Source: Brumimicrobium sp.
GTDB lineage: Bacteria > Bacteroidota > Bacteroidia > Flavobacteriales_D > Crocinitomicaceae
Direction of reading: 5' to 3'
NCBI GenBank assembly: GCA_035497735.1
Contig: DATJCX010000019.1
Location: forward strand, 4,405-68,404
DNA length: 64,000 bases
Shown piece by piece: positions 1 to 9,125 of this stretch; position 1 is the first letter of the stretch, and every line of letters starts with the position of its first letter. A program made the translations under genes and the position numbers. Below the pieces are notes generated by a model. It saw nothing but the letters and a program-made list of their open reading frames with translations, was not told the DNA's origin and searched no databases.

Positions 1-717
1 GTCTTCGTCGACAATCACTTTCATCTTTAAAAAGCCTTCATTACTCGCACGGTAAATAGCTAAAAATCTATGAGATGGACATCGATTTAGAGAAGAGGAA
101 TAGTCGAAATAATCTCTATAGTTTTCCGCTTCTTCCATCTTAGACTTTACCACCTTGGCAACCAGTTGACTGAAGTTCTGGTATGACTCTCTAAGTTTAT
201 TTCTAACGATTGCATTTTCGTTTATCCATTCTGCAATAATATCTCTCGCCCCCGCTAAAGCTTCATCAATTCCAGCAACTTCCCCCTTCACAAAACGCTG
301 AGCAAGTGTTTCAGGTGCTTGATTGCCTTGAGACATCAGCAACTTTGCCAATGGTTCCAATCCTAACTCACGTGCCGCATCAGCTCTTGTTTTTCGTTTC
401 TTCTTATAAGGCAGGTATATATCTTCCAATTGATTCAAGTCGAAACAACTAAGTACTTCCTTTTGAAGTGACTCTGTCAGTTTATTCTGTTCTTCAATGG
501 CATTAATTATCGTAGTTTGTCGCTGGATAATTTGTTCAAACTTCTCCCCAAAGTCTTTAATCTTTCCGATTTCAACTTCGTCCAATCCACCAGTAACTTC
601 CTTTCTATATCGCGCTATAAAAGGAATGGTTGCCTTATCTTCTATCAAAGATAATGTTGCATCAATCCCCTTCACCGGAAGACTGGTGTGTAATTTAATA
701 TAATCTACTTTTTGCAT
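1..717 (-). CDS. tex: Tex-like RNA-binding transcription accessory protein, N-terminal 239 codons (rest of gene lies beyond window start)
   Basis: My translation of the minus strand from ATG at 717-715 gives MQKVDYIKLHTSLPVKGIDATLSLIEDKATIPFIARYRKEVTGGLDEVEIG... The IPFIARYRKE.TGGLDE block is the Tex N-terminal signature. The frame stays open to position 1 and is absent from the ORF track because no stop falls in the window. Confidence 0.8.
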   Translation of the reverse strand, partial: MQKVDYIKLHTSLPVKGIDATLSLIEDKATIPFIARYRKEVTGGLDEVEIGKIKDFGEKFEQIIQRQTTIINAIEEQNKLTESLQKEVLSCFDLNQLEDIYLPYKKKRKTRADAARELGLEPLAKLLMSQGNQAPETLAQRFVKGEVAGIDEALAGARDIIAEWINENAIVRNKLRESYQNFSQLVAKVVKSKMEEAENYRDYFDYSSSLNRCPSHRFLAIYRASNEGFLKMKVIVDED

Positions 718-737
718 GAAAATGACTTAAATAATAC

Positions 738-3689
738 CTATGCTTCTTTTTCTTTTAATAGAAAATCCTTTACAAACATTCCAGCGATCAACAAAAGCAA
801 TAAAGCAGAACCCGCCAATGCAACTTGATTAGAAGTTTTATATTTTGGTACTTCAAATTTCATCACCAACTCATGTGAGCCATCTGGCAATTCAATTCCT
901 CTCAATAAATAATTGACTCTTTGAATAACTACTTGCTGCCCATCAATATAAGCATTCCATCCATCAGGATAATATACTTCCGAGAAAACGGCAAACTGTG
1001 CTCCATCAACATTAAAGTTATATTTCAACTCATTCGGGGCATAAGAAGTCATTTCAATATTCCCCACTCCCGTATAAGTTAAGGAAGAAAGATTTGGCGA
1101 CACATCTGCTCCTACAATTACTTCGTTACTTGGGTCAAATCGATGTGCAATTGTTACACCTACCAAAGGCTTAAAGCTATCCAATGAATCTTTTGCTAGT
1201 TCGCTATTTGGGATCCAGTTCGTAGCCCCATAAGCGTCCTCAACAAAAGTAGCTGCAACACCATTTCTCACGACATTCCTTAAATCTAAATACAATGAGT
1301 CTGTTCCGAATAAAACAATGTTCTCTTTACCAGAAATTACTCCTTCACTTACTTCTTTATTATTTACAAATAGTTTCTCTCCCGATTTATTTTCAATGTT
1401 AAACAAATCTCCTAATGACAATAATTCCTCATTCGGTGAATCTTGAACGTTTACTTCTTTAATTAACCAAGCATTTCCTAGCGCACTAGTATTTTTCATT
1501 GCTTGATCATTTTGAAGGAAGTATTTCACGTTTAACATATTCAATACCGCCATGTTATTATAGTCAATATGAAAATCCTTTACGTTTTGAATACGTCTTA
1601 ACTTCGCACCATGGTATCCATTTAAAGCCTTGTGAAAGTAGGAAGCTCTTGAACTGTTAAATCCTAATGCAGGTTCGTAAACACGATAATTCGTATTTGC
1701 TCCTAAGGTTTGAAGTCGCTTCAACCATAACTCATCTTGATTCACCTTTCCTCTGTCGCCGCTTCCTTTAACCTTCACTGCATCAATTACAGATTTTAGC
1801 TCAGGATTTTCTGCCAATTCTTGGTCAAGTACTTCTTTATCTGCCTTGGTTGGAGGAACTGGAAAATCTTTCTTGGCTTGTTCCACCCAATAGTCATACG
1901 TTCTTCCATTCGACTTCTTACTATTTAAGTAATTTAAGTCAACTTGAACCAAATCTATAATGGTAAGGAGTCCCAATGCTATCAATGCATATTCTTTCTT
2001 AATGGTTGTTTTCAAAAAGGCAAACAAAATACCTATTCCCATCAGCAGAAAGAAAATCGAACGCAACATACTGCTTTGGTAAATAGACTTTCTCACTTTA
2101 ATAAGAGCGCCGAATTGTTCGTCCACACGCTTGGTTTGTTGAGCCACTACCTGTTGAACATGTTCTGGATTATTGATGTCAATTCCATTTTCAAGCAACA
2201 TTTGCGGGTCTTCATTGGCCAACTGCCTTTTCACCTGGTCGGCATAAGTGTAAACGTATTCGTTTTCCTGCTGAGATAAGTAGCCATCACCCAATCCGGT
2301 AAAAGTTAGCAATCCAAAAATAGCTACCAAAGCTCCAGATGTAATATAAAAAGGCTTGATATTTGCTTTAATTTCCTCTCTTTTTTTAAACAACTCATTT
2401 AAGAATAAAACAGCCAATAGTGGAACCATTAGTTCTACCATAGCCAGAATGATTGTCACCGCTCTAAACTTGTTGTAAAAAGGAACATAATCTAGGAAGA
2501 AGTCTGTTAATCCCATAAAGTTCTTTCCCCATGACAACATCAAGGCAAGCAGCGTAGCGGCAAAGAGCGCCCATTTCTTTGGACCTTTAAGATAAACCAT
2601 TCCTAAAACAGCCAATAAGAAAACAATAATTCCCAAGTAAACTGGACCAGAGGTAAAGGGTTGATCTCCCCAGTAAACATTGTTTTGTGCAACTAAGTTA
2701 GCATCCTTTCTTAAATCCGGAGAACGCAATAATTCAGAGAACTGACTGTTACCAAGCGCAGCACTAGCAGCTCCCTTTACGTTTGGAGAAACCAAAGTCA
2801 TCGATTCACCAATCCCATAGCTCCATTGTGTAATATAATCTTTGTCCAATCCAGAAGTTGACAAGTCTTCGTTGGAAGTTCCGTCAACTTGAATAGTAAT
2901 ATCATTTCCACCACGAATCGTATGCTTTGCATAGTCAAGCGTTAGGGATAATTTACCATAATTTACTCCCGCTGCGAAAACGTAAGCAATAATTAAGAAA
3001 ACCGAAACTTTTAAAAATCGTGGTAACTTCTTTTCTCTTGCTTGAATAATCAATTCGCTAATCCCCAACATAGCAAGTACGATACCTAGATAGAAAGTAA
3101 CTTGTGGGTGGTTGGCTAATAATTCCAATCCCATAAAAAGAGCTGAAAGTAAAATCCCCCACTTTAGATTATGTCGATAAGCCATATAAAAGGCACCAAT
3201 CACAGGCGGAGCAAAACTAATTGCCATGGCCTTTGTATCGTGTCCGGCTTGCAGTATAATGATGAAATAGGAAGAAAACGCAAAGGCAAAAGCGCCAAAG
3301 ATGGCCACCCTAGCATCTATCTTCATACATAAAAGCATGATATAGAAACCCAACAAATACCCGAAGAATATTCCAGCAGGAGACTGCATAAATAGATAAA
3401 AGGTATTCATCACCTGTACAAACAAGTTTCCTTCAAAATAAGTAGAAATCTGATACGTTGGCATTCCACCAAACATGGAGTTGGACCATAAAGGTTCTTC
3501 TCCCGCCGATTCTCTGTGATGAAAAATCTCATTAGACATTCCTTTAAACTGCTCAATATCATGTTGTTTTAAACCATGACCACTGAATTGAGGTTGGAAG
3601 TATAAAAACGTTCCTAAAAAGAATAATCCAATTGCTAAAAAATGAATCCAATTGTTTTTCAATAATTGTTTAAAATCTATGTTTTTCAT
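738..3689 (-). CDS. YfhO-family-like large polytopic membrane protein
   Basis: 983 aa. The N-terminal half has many hydrophobic helices, with further TM segments mid-protein and at the extreme C-terminus, and there is a large soluble domain. The architecture resembles the YfhO family from memory. Confidence 0.55.
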   Translation of the reverse strand: MKNIDFKQLLKNNWIHFLAIGLFFLGTFLYFQPQFSGHGLKQHDIEQFKGMSNEIFHHRESAGEEPLWSNSMFGGMPTYQISTYFEGNLFVQVMNTFYLFMQSPAGIFFGYLLGFYIMLLCMKIDARVAIFGAFAFAFSSYFIIILQAGHDTKAMAISFAPPVIGAFYMAYRHNLKWGILLSALFMGLELLANHPQVTFYLGIVLAMLGISELIIQAREKKLPRFLKVSVFLIIAYVFAAGVNYGKLSLTLDYAKHTIRGGNDITIQVDGTSNEDLSTSGLDKDYITQWSYGIGESMTLVSPNVKGAASAALGNSQFSELLRSPDLRKDANLVAQNNVYWGDQPFTSGPVYLGIIVFLLAVLGMVYLKGPKKWALFAATLLALMLSWGKNFMGLTDFFLDYVPFYNKFRAVTIILAMVELMVPLLAVLFLNELFKKREEIKANIKPFYITSGALVAIFGLLTFTGLGDGYLSQQENEYVYTYADQVKRQLANEDPQMLLENGIDINNPEHVQQVVAQQTKRVDEQFGALIKVRKSIYQSSMLRSIFFLLMGIGILFAFLKTTIKKEYALIALGLLTIIDLVQVDLNYLNSKKSNGRTYDYWVEQAKKDFPVPPTKADKEVLDQELAENPELKSVIDAVKVKGSGDRGKVNQDELWLKRLQTLGANTNYRVYEPALGFNSSRASYFHKALNGYHGAKLRRIQNVKDFHIDYNNMAVLNMLNVKYFLQNDQAMKNTSALGNAWLIKEVNVQDSPNEELLSLGDLFNIENKSGEKLFVNNKEVSEGVISGKENIVLFGTDSLYLDLRNVVRNGVAATFVEDAYGATNWIPNSELAKDSLDSFKPLVGVTIAHRFDPSNEVIVGADVSPNLSSLTYTGVGNIEMTSYAPNELKYNFNVDGAQFAVFSEVYYPDGWNAYIDGQQVVIQRVNYLLRGIELPDGSHELVMKFEVPKYKTSNQVALAGSALLLLLIAGMFVKDFLLKEKEA

Positions 3690-3923
3690 CGATTACAAGT
3701 TTTTTTCTTAAAGTTAAAGATGTAAATATAAAAAAAGTTGAGAGTATCTACCTATGCTAGGTCCAAGTTTCGTTCTGTTAGAATAGAAAATGAACATTCT
3801 TTCTCATTTAGAACAACACCTTACGTCAAGAAAAAAATTAATTAAACCTTTCTAAAGCAAACATTAAGAGAATCCCCTACCAACTTCCAGCTGTTTTTTA
3901 CGTTCTTTCTTAATTAACTTACA

Positions 3924-3931
3924 TATATTTG
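3924..3931 (+). promoter_or_regulatory. Bacteroidota -7 promoter box TATATTTG (TAnnTTTG)
   Basis: Exact match to TAnnTTTG, 34 nt upstream of the ATG at 3966. Confidence 0.45.
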
Positions 3932-3965
3932 TATTAAATGATTTAGGTAAATAAAAAATTCCCTT

Positions 3966-5693
3966 ATGAAAAAAACATTATTATCACTCAGCTTTATATT
4001 CGCTTTAGGTCTCGGCTTTAGTCAGGACTTAATTTGGAGCGAAGACTTTGAAAATGCTGCAGGAACTTGGACATTGAATCTCGAGCCAACAGGTTCAACA
4101 AACGACCCAGCCAACTCTAACTTATGGGAAATAAGCGACGCAGAAGGTGGAGTACTTCCTCCTGGTTGTGGAACAGCAAACAATGGAAACAACACATTAT
4201 TCGTTACTTGTCAAGGACAAGCTTGTGATCTTCTTGGCGCTTCAGGTGCTGCTTATTTCGCAGGAGACAACGGAATGGGCCTTGGAAATGCTACAACAGA
4301 CAAACGCGCAATATTAAACACAGGAATTTCTACCTTAGGAGCTACCAATTTAGAATTAAAATTCGATTGGATAGGTTTGGGAGAAATAGGTGCAGATTAT
4401 GCAGTAATAGAATACAGTACAGATGGTGGAACAACTTGGACAGATACATGGACACAAGTGTTAGGTGAACTTTGTGGAACTGGTCAAGGACAATGGCAAG
4501 AAACATCAATTACACTTCCAGCTATATTAAATGAGCAAGCGGATTTAAGATTTGCCTTAAGATGGAGAAACGACAACAATGCTATAGGAACAGACCCTTC
4601 GTTTGCTGTTGACAATATTCGTTTATTTGGTAATGCTACTCCAGACCCAGACCCAGTTGGACCAGTTGCTAACTTTACTCCGCAAAACACAAGTATTTGT
4701 ATAGATGACTGTATATTCTTTACAGATGCATCTACAGGAACAAATATCACCGCTTGGGATTGGACTTTTAACGGAGCTAATACAGTAAGCTCAACAGACC
4801 AAAACCCAACAAACATTTGCTACCCTACAGCAGGTACTTATGCGGTAACTTTAACCGTTACCGATGACAATGGAACAGATACACAAACTTTACAAATAAC
4901 GGTTCTAGACTGTAATAATCCAGACCCAACAGATGCTCCGGTAGCTATCTTTGTTGCTGATACCAATAAAATCTGTGCGGGTGACTGTATATCTTTCACT
5001 GATTTGTCAACAGGAGATCCAACTTTTTGGGAATGGACCTTCCAAGGAGGAAATCCTAGCGTTTCAAATAAGCAAAATCCTTCAAAAATCTGTTTTGACG
5101 AACCTGGAACATACGACATTACTTTAACAGTAGCGAATGCTTATGGAACGGACCAAATTATTTCAACAATTGAAGTCTTAGAGCTTCCTGAAATTATCGG
5201 AACAGGAGATACACTGATAGAAATGACAGGAACGGCTGTTCTTACAGCTGAACCAGTTGATAATGGTTTTATTTTCTGGGCACCAGAAGACGAAATTACT
5301 TGTGATGGATGTGTAACCGTTAGCGTTTCTCCTTTAGTAACAACGGAATACTACCCTTCTATCATCGGTGTAAACGGATGTATAGGACGTGATACAATTA
5401 CGGTATCTGTTATCTTTGACGATGTTATTGATGTACCTTCAGCATTCTCTCCAAACGGAGACGGAATGAATGACGTACTTCGCGTATTAGGACCTGGAAT
5501 TACTGAATTAGACTTTAGAATCTACAACAGATACGGTCAACTAGTATTCCAAACAGACGACCAAACAGAAGGATGGGATGGAACTTTTGAGGGCGAGCCT
5601 GTAAATCAAGGAGTTTTTGTTTATACAATAACCTACCAACTAGTCGATCAATCATCAGGAAAAAAATCTGGTAACGTAACACTTATAAAATAA
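3966..5693 (+). CDS. Secreted protein with two tandem PKD domains and a T9SS type-B (gliding-motility CHU_C-like) C-terminal sorting domain
   Basis: Signal peptide MKKTLLSLSFIFALGLGFSQ. Two paralogous PKD-like repeats (PVANFTP...TVTDDNGTD and PVAIFVA...TVANAYGTD). The C-terminus FSPNGDGMNDVL...IYNRYGQLVF...GWDGTF matches the type-B CTD signature. Confidence 0.85.
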   Translation: MKKTLLSLSFIFALGLGFSQDLIWSEDFENAAGTWTLNLEPTGSTNDPANSNLWEISDAEGGVLPPGCGTANNGNNTLFVTCQGQACDLLGASGAAYFAGDNGMGLGNATTDKRAILNTGISTLGATNLELKFDWIGLGEIGADYAVIEYSTDGGTTWTDTWTQVLGELCGTGQGQWQETSITLPAILNEQADLRFALRWRNDNNAIGTDPSFAVDNIRLFGNATPDPDPVGPVANFTPQNTSICIDDCIFFTDASTGTNITAWDWTFNGANTVSSTDQNPTNICYPTAGTYAVTLTVTDDNGTDTQTLQITVLDCNNPDPTDAPVAIFVADTNKICAGDCISFTDLSTGDPTFWEWTFQGGNPSVSNKQNPSKICFDEPGTYDITLTVANAYGTDQIISTIEVLELPEIIGTGDTLIEMTGTAVLTAEPVDNGFIFWAPEDEITCDGCVTVSVSPLVTTEYYPSIIGVNGCIGRDTITVSVIFDDVIDVPSAFSPNGDGMNDVLRVLGPGITELDFRIYNRYGQLVFQTDDQTEGWDGTFEGEPVNQGVFVYTITYQLVDQSSGKKSGNVTLIK

Positions 5694-5699
5694 TTGAAA

Positions 5700-6704
5700 A
5701 TGAGAAATTTTATAATATTCATATTCGTTTTAACAAGTTTAAGCATAGCAGCTCAACAAGAGTCAAACTTCGCTATGCCTTATCTTAACAACATGCAGCA
5801 CAACCCTGCTGCTGTAGGTACAAATAATTTTGACTTAAGAGCATTTGCTAACTTTAGATATCAATACTTTACGGTTACCAAAAAACCTTATAGAACGATT
5901 TCCGCTGCGGTAGAAGCGAAAATCCTAAAGTCTAAAACCAATAAACACTATATGGGAATTGGTTTGGATTTCCTTAACGACGGAAGTGGTGACGGTAAGT
6001 ACAACGTTAACCAAATCATGGTTCCTATTGCATACCATTTATTTTTCGACAACAACAATTCGTTGGCATTGGGAGTTTCCGCGGGAATGTACCAGCGTTC
6101 TTTGAATCCTGAAGCCTTCACTTGGGAAAGTCAATGGACAGGAATTGGGTTCAACGATGGAATTCCAGGAGAATTGATGGGTGGAAGTAGAAATGCCTTC
6201 AATTTTGATTTAGGTGCTGGTTTGTTTTACAAACACCAAACGTCGATTACCAACAAAGTATACGTAGGACTTTCTGCTGGGCACCTTTTGGCACAAGAAA
6301 TCGGTTTTAATGTAGGTGATAAACTAGAACGAAGATACACCGCACAGTTTGGAATGAGCCACCGTTTTGATTTAACAAACTTCGGTATTTCTCCAAATAT
6401 CTATGCGATGCTTCAAGGCAATAACATGAATATCATCTTCGGGTCTAACTTTGAGTTCTACCTACAAGATCGTTCACAAAGAACGCTTTTCGTGAATCCT
6501 AAATACATTTCTGTTGGAATCTACCACAGATATTTAGAAGGAATCATCGTTAACTTCCAGTTTGTATATGAAGGACTTGGGATTGGATTTGCTTATGATT
6601 CAAACATCAACAAACTAAGAACACATTCTAAAACACTTGGAGGTCTTGAAATAGCACTTTCGTATGATTTAATCATCAATAAAAAAGAGAAATATATTTA
6701 CTAA
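5700..6704 (+). CDS. PorP/SprF-family type IX secretion system membrane protein
   Basis: MRNFIIFIFVLTSLSIAAQQESNFAMPYLNNMQHNPAAVG is a PorP/SprF-type N-terminus. The gene lies immediately downstream of the type-B cargo gene. The ATG at 5700 is preferred over the TTG at 5694 used by the track. Confidence 0.8.
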   Translation: MRNFIIFIFVLTSLSIAAQQESNFAMPYLNNMQHNPAAVGTNNFDLRAFANFRYQYFTVTKKPYRTISAAVEAKILKSKTNKHYMGIGLDFLNDGSGDGKYNVNQIMVPIAYHLFFDNNNSLALGVSAGMYQRSLNPEAFTWESQWTGIGFNDGIPGELMGGSRNAFNFDLGAGLFYKHQTSITNKVYVGLSAGHLLAQEIGFNVGDKLERRYTAQFGMSHRFDLTNFGISPNIYAMLQGNNMNIIFGSNFEFYLQDRSQRTLFVNPKYISVGIYHRYLEGIIVNFQFVYEGLGIGFAYDSNINKLRTHSKTLGGLEIALSYDLIINKKEKYIY

Positions 6705-6712
6705 AATAGAAT

Positions 6713-7306
6713 TTGAATTATTTAGGACATTTATATCTATCTGGGAATAATCCTCAATTAATGCTTGCCAATCTCTTTGGAGACTTTGTAAAAGGCAGGG
6801 ATTATTCCCATTTACCGCTATTCATTAAAGAAGGCGTTTCGCTACATAGAAGTATAGATGATTTTACAGATACCCATCCTATCGTAACGGAATTACGACT
6901 GGAGTTGTACCAAGAACTGCCAAAGATTGCTGGAATTGCTATCGATTTGTATTTCGACCATTTGCTGGCAGACAACTGGCATCATTTCCATCCTAAACCT
7001 TTACACGAATACGTTGATGATTTCTTTAATGCAGCAACGCTTGAAATCGCCAATGTTTACGAGAAGGAAGGCTTTAAATTCCCAGACAGGTTCATCCATC
7101 TAATTACGATTATGAATGAGCAAAACTGGATTAAACGCTATAAAAACATGGAAGGTCTAACCATGGCGTCTACAGGTTTGTCCAAAAGAATTTCCTTTCC
7201 GAACAACTTAGGCGAAGCGTCAGAAGTTTTCTTGCAATATCAAAATGATATTAAAAGCACTTTTGAGCTTTTTATGAATGATGCACAAATTAGATTCAAT
7301 ATATAA
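6713..7306 (+). CDS. acpH: Acyl carrier protein phosphodiesterase
   Basis: The N-terminus (M)NYLGHLYLSGNNPQLMLANLFGDFVKG is typical of AcpH. The start codon is TTG. Confidence 0.75.
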   Translation: MNYLGHLYLSGNNPQLMLANLFGDFVKGRDYSHLPLFIKEGVSLHRSIDDFTDTHPIVTELRLELYQELPKIAGIAIDLYFDHLLADNWHHFHPKPLHEYVDDFFNAATLEIANVYEKEGFKFPDRFIHLITIMNEQNWIKRYKNMEGLTMASTGLSKRISFPNNLGEASEVFLQYQNDIKSTFELFMNDAQIRFNI

Positions 7307-7422
7307 TACTGCTTTTATACTTATGAAGAAGATCCATAGAATGTCTTTAAAAGCATTCAATAGCAAGACTTCTTACAATTTACACACGATAACATGTTGA
7401 TTACTTTAACCTTTCTAATTAG

Positions 7423-7439
7423 AAAACCTCGCGGTTTTT
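7423..7439 (+). terminator. Weak hairpin AAAACC-tcgc-GGTTTT followed by T
   Basis: 6-bp stem, mostly A-U, about 115 nt after the acpH stop. Confidence 0.25.
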
Positions 7440-7466
7440 ATCTACTTTAGACTTAAAATTATTAGT

Positions 7467-8918
7467 TTGCCTATTAAATTCAAGACAAATATCATCTCTT
7501 TGGGACTAATTCTAGTTTTAGTCTTTATCGTTGGATGTAAGGATCATTCCGCCAAAGGTAAGACAGTAGTAGAGACATCCACTTCAGCTGATAAGCGGGA
7601 CCTTGGCGAAATTTTAAAGTCGAACAAGCTGACTGTTATTGCTGAAAATAGTGCGCTCAGTTACTTCATTTACAAAGGCCAAAAAATGGGCTTAGAATAT
7701 GAAATATTGAATGCTTTTGCAAAAGAGATAGGTGTTAAACTAGAAGTTAAAATCATCGACAATCTCGACGACATTGTCGGCCAACTGAATCAATTAGAAG
7801 GAGATATTATTGCTTGCAACTACACTGTTACAAAGAAAAGAAGAAAGAAAGTTGACTTCACTATTCCCTATTTATCCAGCTCACAAGTTCTTATTCAACG
7901 AAAACCAGAGAATTGGCAAACATTAAAAGCTGCTGAACTTGAAAAGGAGTTAATTAGAAGTCCAGAACAACTTTCTCGAAAATCTGTTCATGTTTGGAAA
8001 GAATCTAGCTATTACGACAGATTGGTCAATCTCCAAGGAGAATTAGGAGATACGATTGTTATCCTTCCCTTAGGAGGAAATGTCATTCCAGAGAAAGCAA
8101 TTGAAATGGTTTCAAAAGGATTTATCGATTACACTATTCTTGATGAGAATGCAGCTAAAATAAACAAGCGATTTTATCCAAACATCGATGCTGAACTAGC
8201 GATAAGTATCAAACAAAAAATCGCATTTGCTGTTAGAAAAAAGAGTCCACTACTTAGAAAAAAGCTAGATGAATGGCTGGAAGAATACATGGAATCCAGA
8301 GCTTACAAGTATATCATTCACAAGTATTTAAACTTAACTGATTATGCTGCTAAGTCAAAAAGTGAATTCTCTTCTATCAAAGGTAAAAGCATCTCCCCTT
8401 TTGACAATACGATTAAAACAATTGCCAATAAGCACAATTGGGACTGGAGATTAATTGCAGCGGTGATTTACCAAGAATCTAAATTTATCGACAATCTTGA
8501 ATCATGGGCTGGAGCTTACGGCTTAATGCAGTTTATGCCGAGTGTAGGACCTGTTTACGGCGTTTATCCCGACTCTCCTATCGATGTTCAAATAGATGGA
8601 GGTGTTCGAAAAATCAATAGAAACTTTAATGATTGGAAAAAAGTAAAAGATTCCGTTCAAAGATTGAAATTTACTTTAGCAACCTACAATGCTGGACTTG
8701 GCCATATCTACGATGCACAACGTTTAGCAGAAAAGTATGGTAAAGACCCATTGATTTGGGATGACAACGTAGAAATCTATATTAGAAAACTATCCGACCC
8801 TGAATACTACAGGTCTCCTGAAGCTAGAAACGGCTTTATGCATGGTGAACAAACTTACAACTACGTAAGAGAAACTATGGCTCGATTCAACGAATACAAA
8901 AGCGCCTTCCCAAAATAA
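7467..8918 (+). CDS. mltF: MltF-like lytic murein transglycosylase (solute-binding-protein-like domain + SLT domain), lipoprotein
   Basis: Lipobox LVFIVGC. The central domain resembles periplasmic binding protein family 3. The C-terminal SLT motif is ESKFIDNLESWAGAYGLMQFMP. The start codon is TTG. Confidence 0.75.
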   Translation: MPIKFKTNIISLGLILVLVFIVGCKDHSAKGKTVVETSTSADKRDLGEILKSNKLTVIAENSALSYFIYKGQKMGLEYEILNAFAKEIGVKLEVKIIDNLDDIVGQLNQLEGDIIACNYTVTKKRRKKVDFTIPYLSSSQVLIQRKPENWQTLKAAELEKELIRSPEQLSRKSVHVWKESSYYDRLVNLQGELGDTIVILPLGGNVIPEKAIEMVSKGFIDYTILDENAAKINKRFYPNIDAELAISIKQKIAFAVRKKSPLLRKKLDEWLEEYMESRAYKYIIHKYLNLTDYAAKSKSEFSSIKGKSISPFDNTIKTIANKHNWDWRLIAAVIYQESKFIDNLESWAGAYGLMQFMPSVGPVYGVYPDSPIDVQIDGGVRKINRNFNDWKKVKDSVQRLKFTLATYNAGLGHIYDAQRLAEKYGKDPLIWDDNVEIYIRKLSDPEYYRSPEARNGFMHGEQTYNYVRETMARFNEYKSAFPK

Positions 8919-8992
8919 AAACTATTACAAGCAGCAAACTTCTGACAGTCAGTTCTTTTTATTTTTAACTGATTATATTTTAATCTTTTTAT

Positions 8993-9009
8993 TGATTATT
9001 TAATAATCA
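8993..9009. promoter_or_regulatory. Inverted repeat TGATTAT-tta-ATAATCA just upstream of the dinB -7 box, a candidate operator
   Basis: The 7-3-7 inverted repeat was read directly. A second imperfect copy, TGATTA-tattt-TAATCt, lies at 8970-8986. Confidence 0.25.
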
Positions 9010-9013
9010 TCCC

Positions 9014-9021
9014 TATTTTTG
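9014..9021 (+). promoter_or_regulatory. -7 promoter box TATTTTTG
   Basis: This is the only TAnnTTTG match in the 207-bp region upstream of dinB. It lies 104 nt before the ATG, which is further than for other genes here. Confidence 0.3.
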
Positions 9022-9125
9022 TATTTCTAAACCAATGTGCTCATTCTGTTTTTAATCAAGGTTAAATTATACAGCAAAGCACAACGATATGCAGTTTTTA
9101 ATATTCATTTTAAAAAACTGTCAAA

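Noticed and set aside
497-703. 68-aa plus-strand ORF
   Set aside because: It lies entirely antisense within the clearly recognisable tex coding region, has no promoter box and shows no family resemblance.
1944-2279. 111-aa plus-strand ORF
   Set aside because: It is antisense inside the 983-aa membrane-protein gene. It is a typical shadow ORF in AT-rich DNA.
4484-5119. Two minus-strand ORFs (110 aa and 93 aa)
   Set aside because: They are antisense to the PKD-domain cargo gene, whose frame is supported by repeat structure and the CTD signature.
7324-7401. 25-codon ORF (MKKIHRMSLKAFNSKTSYNLHTITC) in the acpH/mltF spacer
   Set aside because: It is too short, has no promoter box or conservation evidence, and has unremarkable composition.
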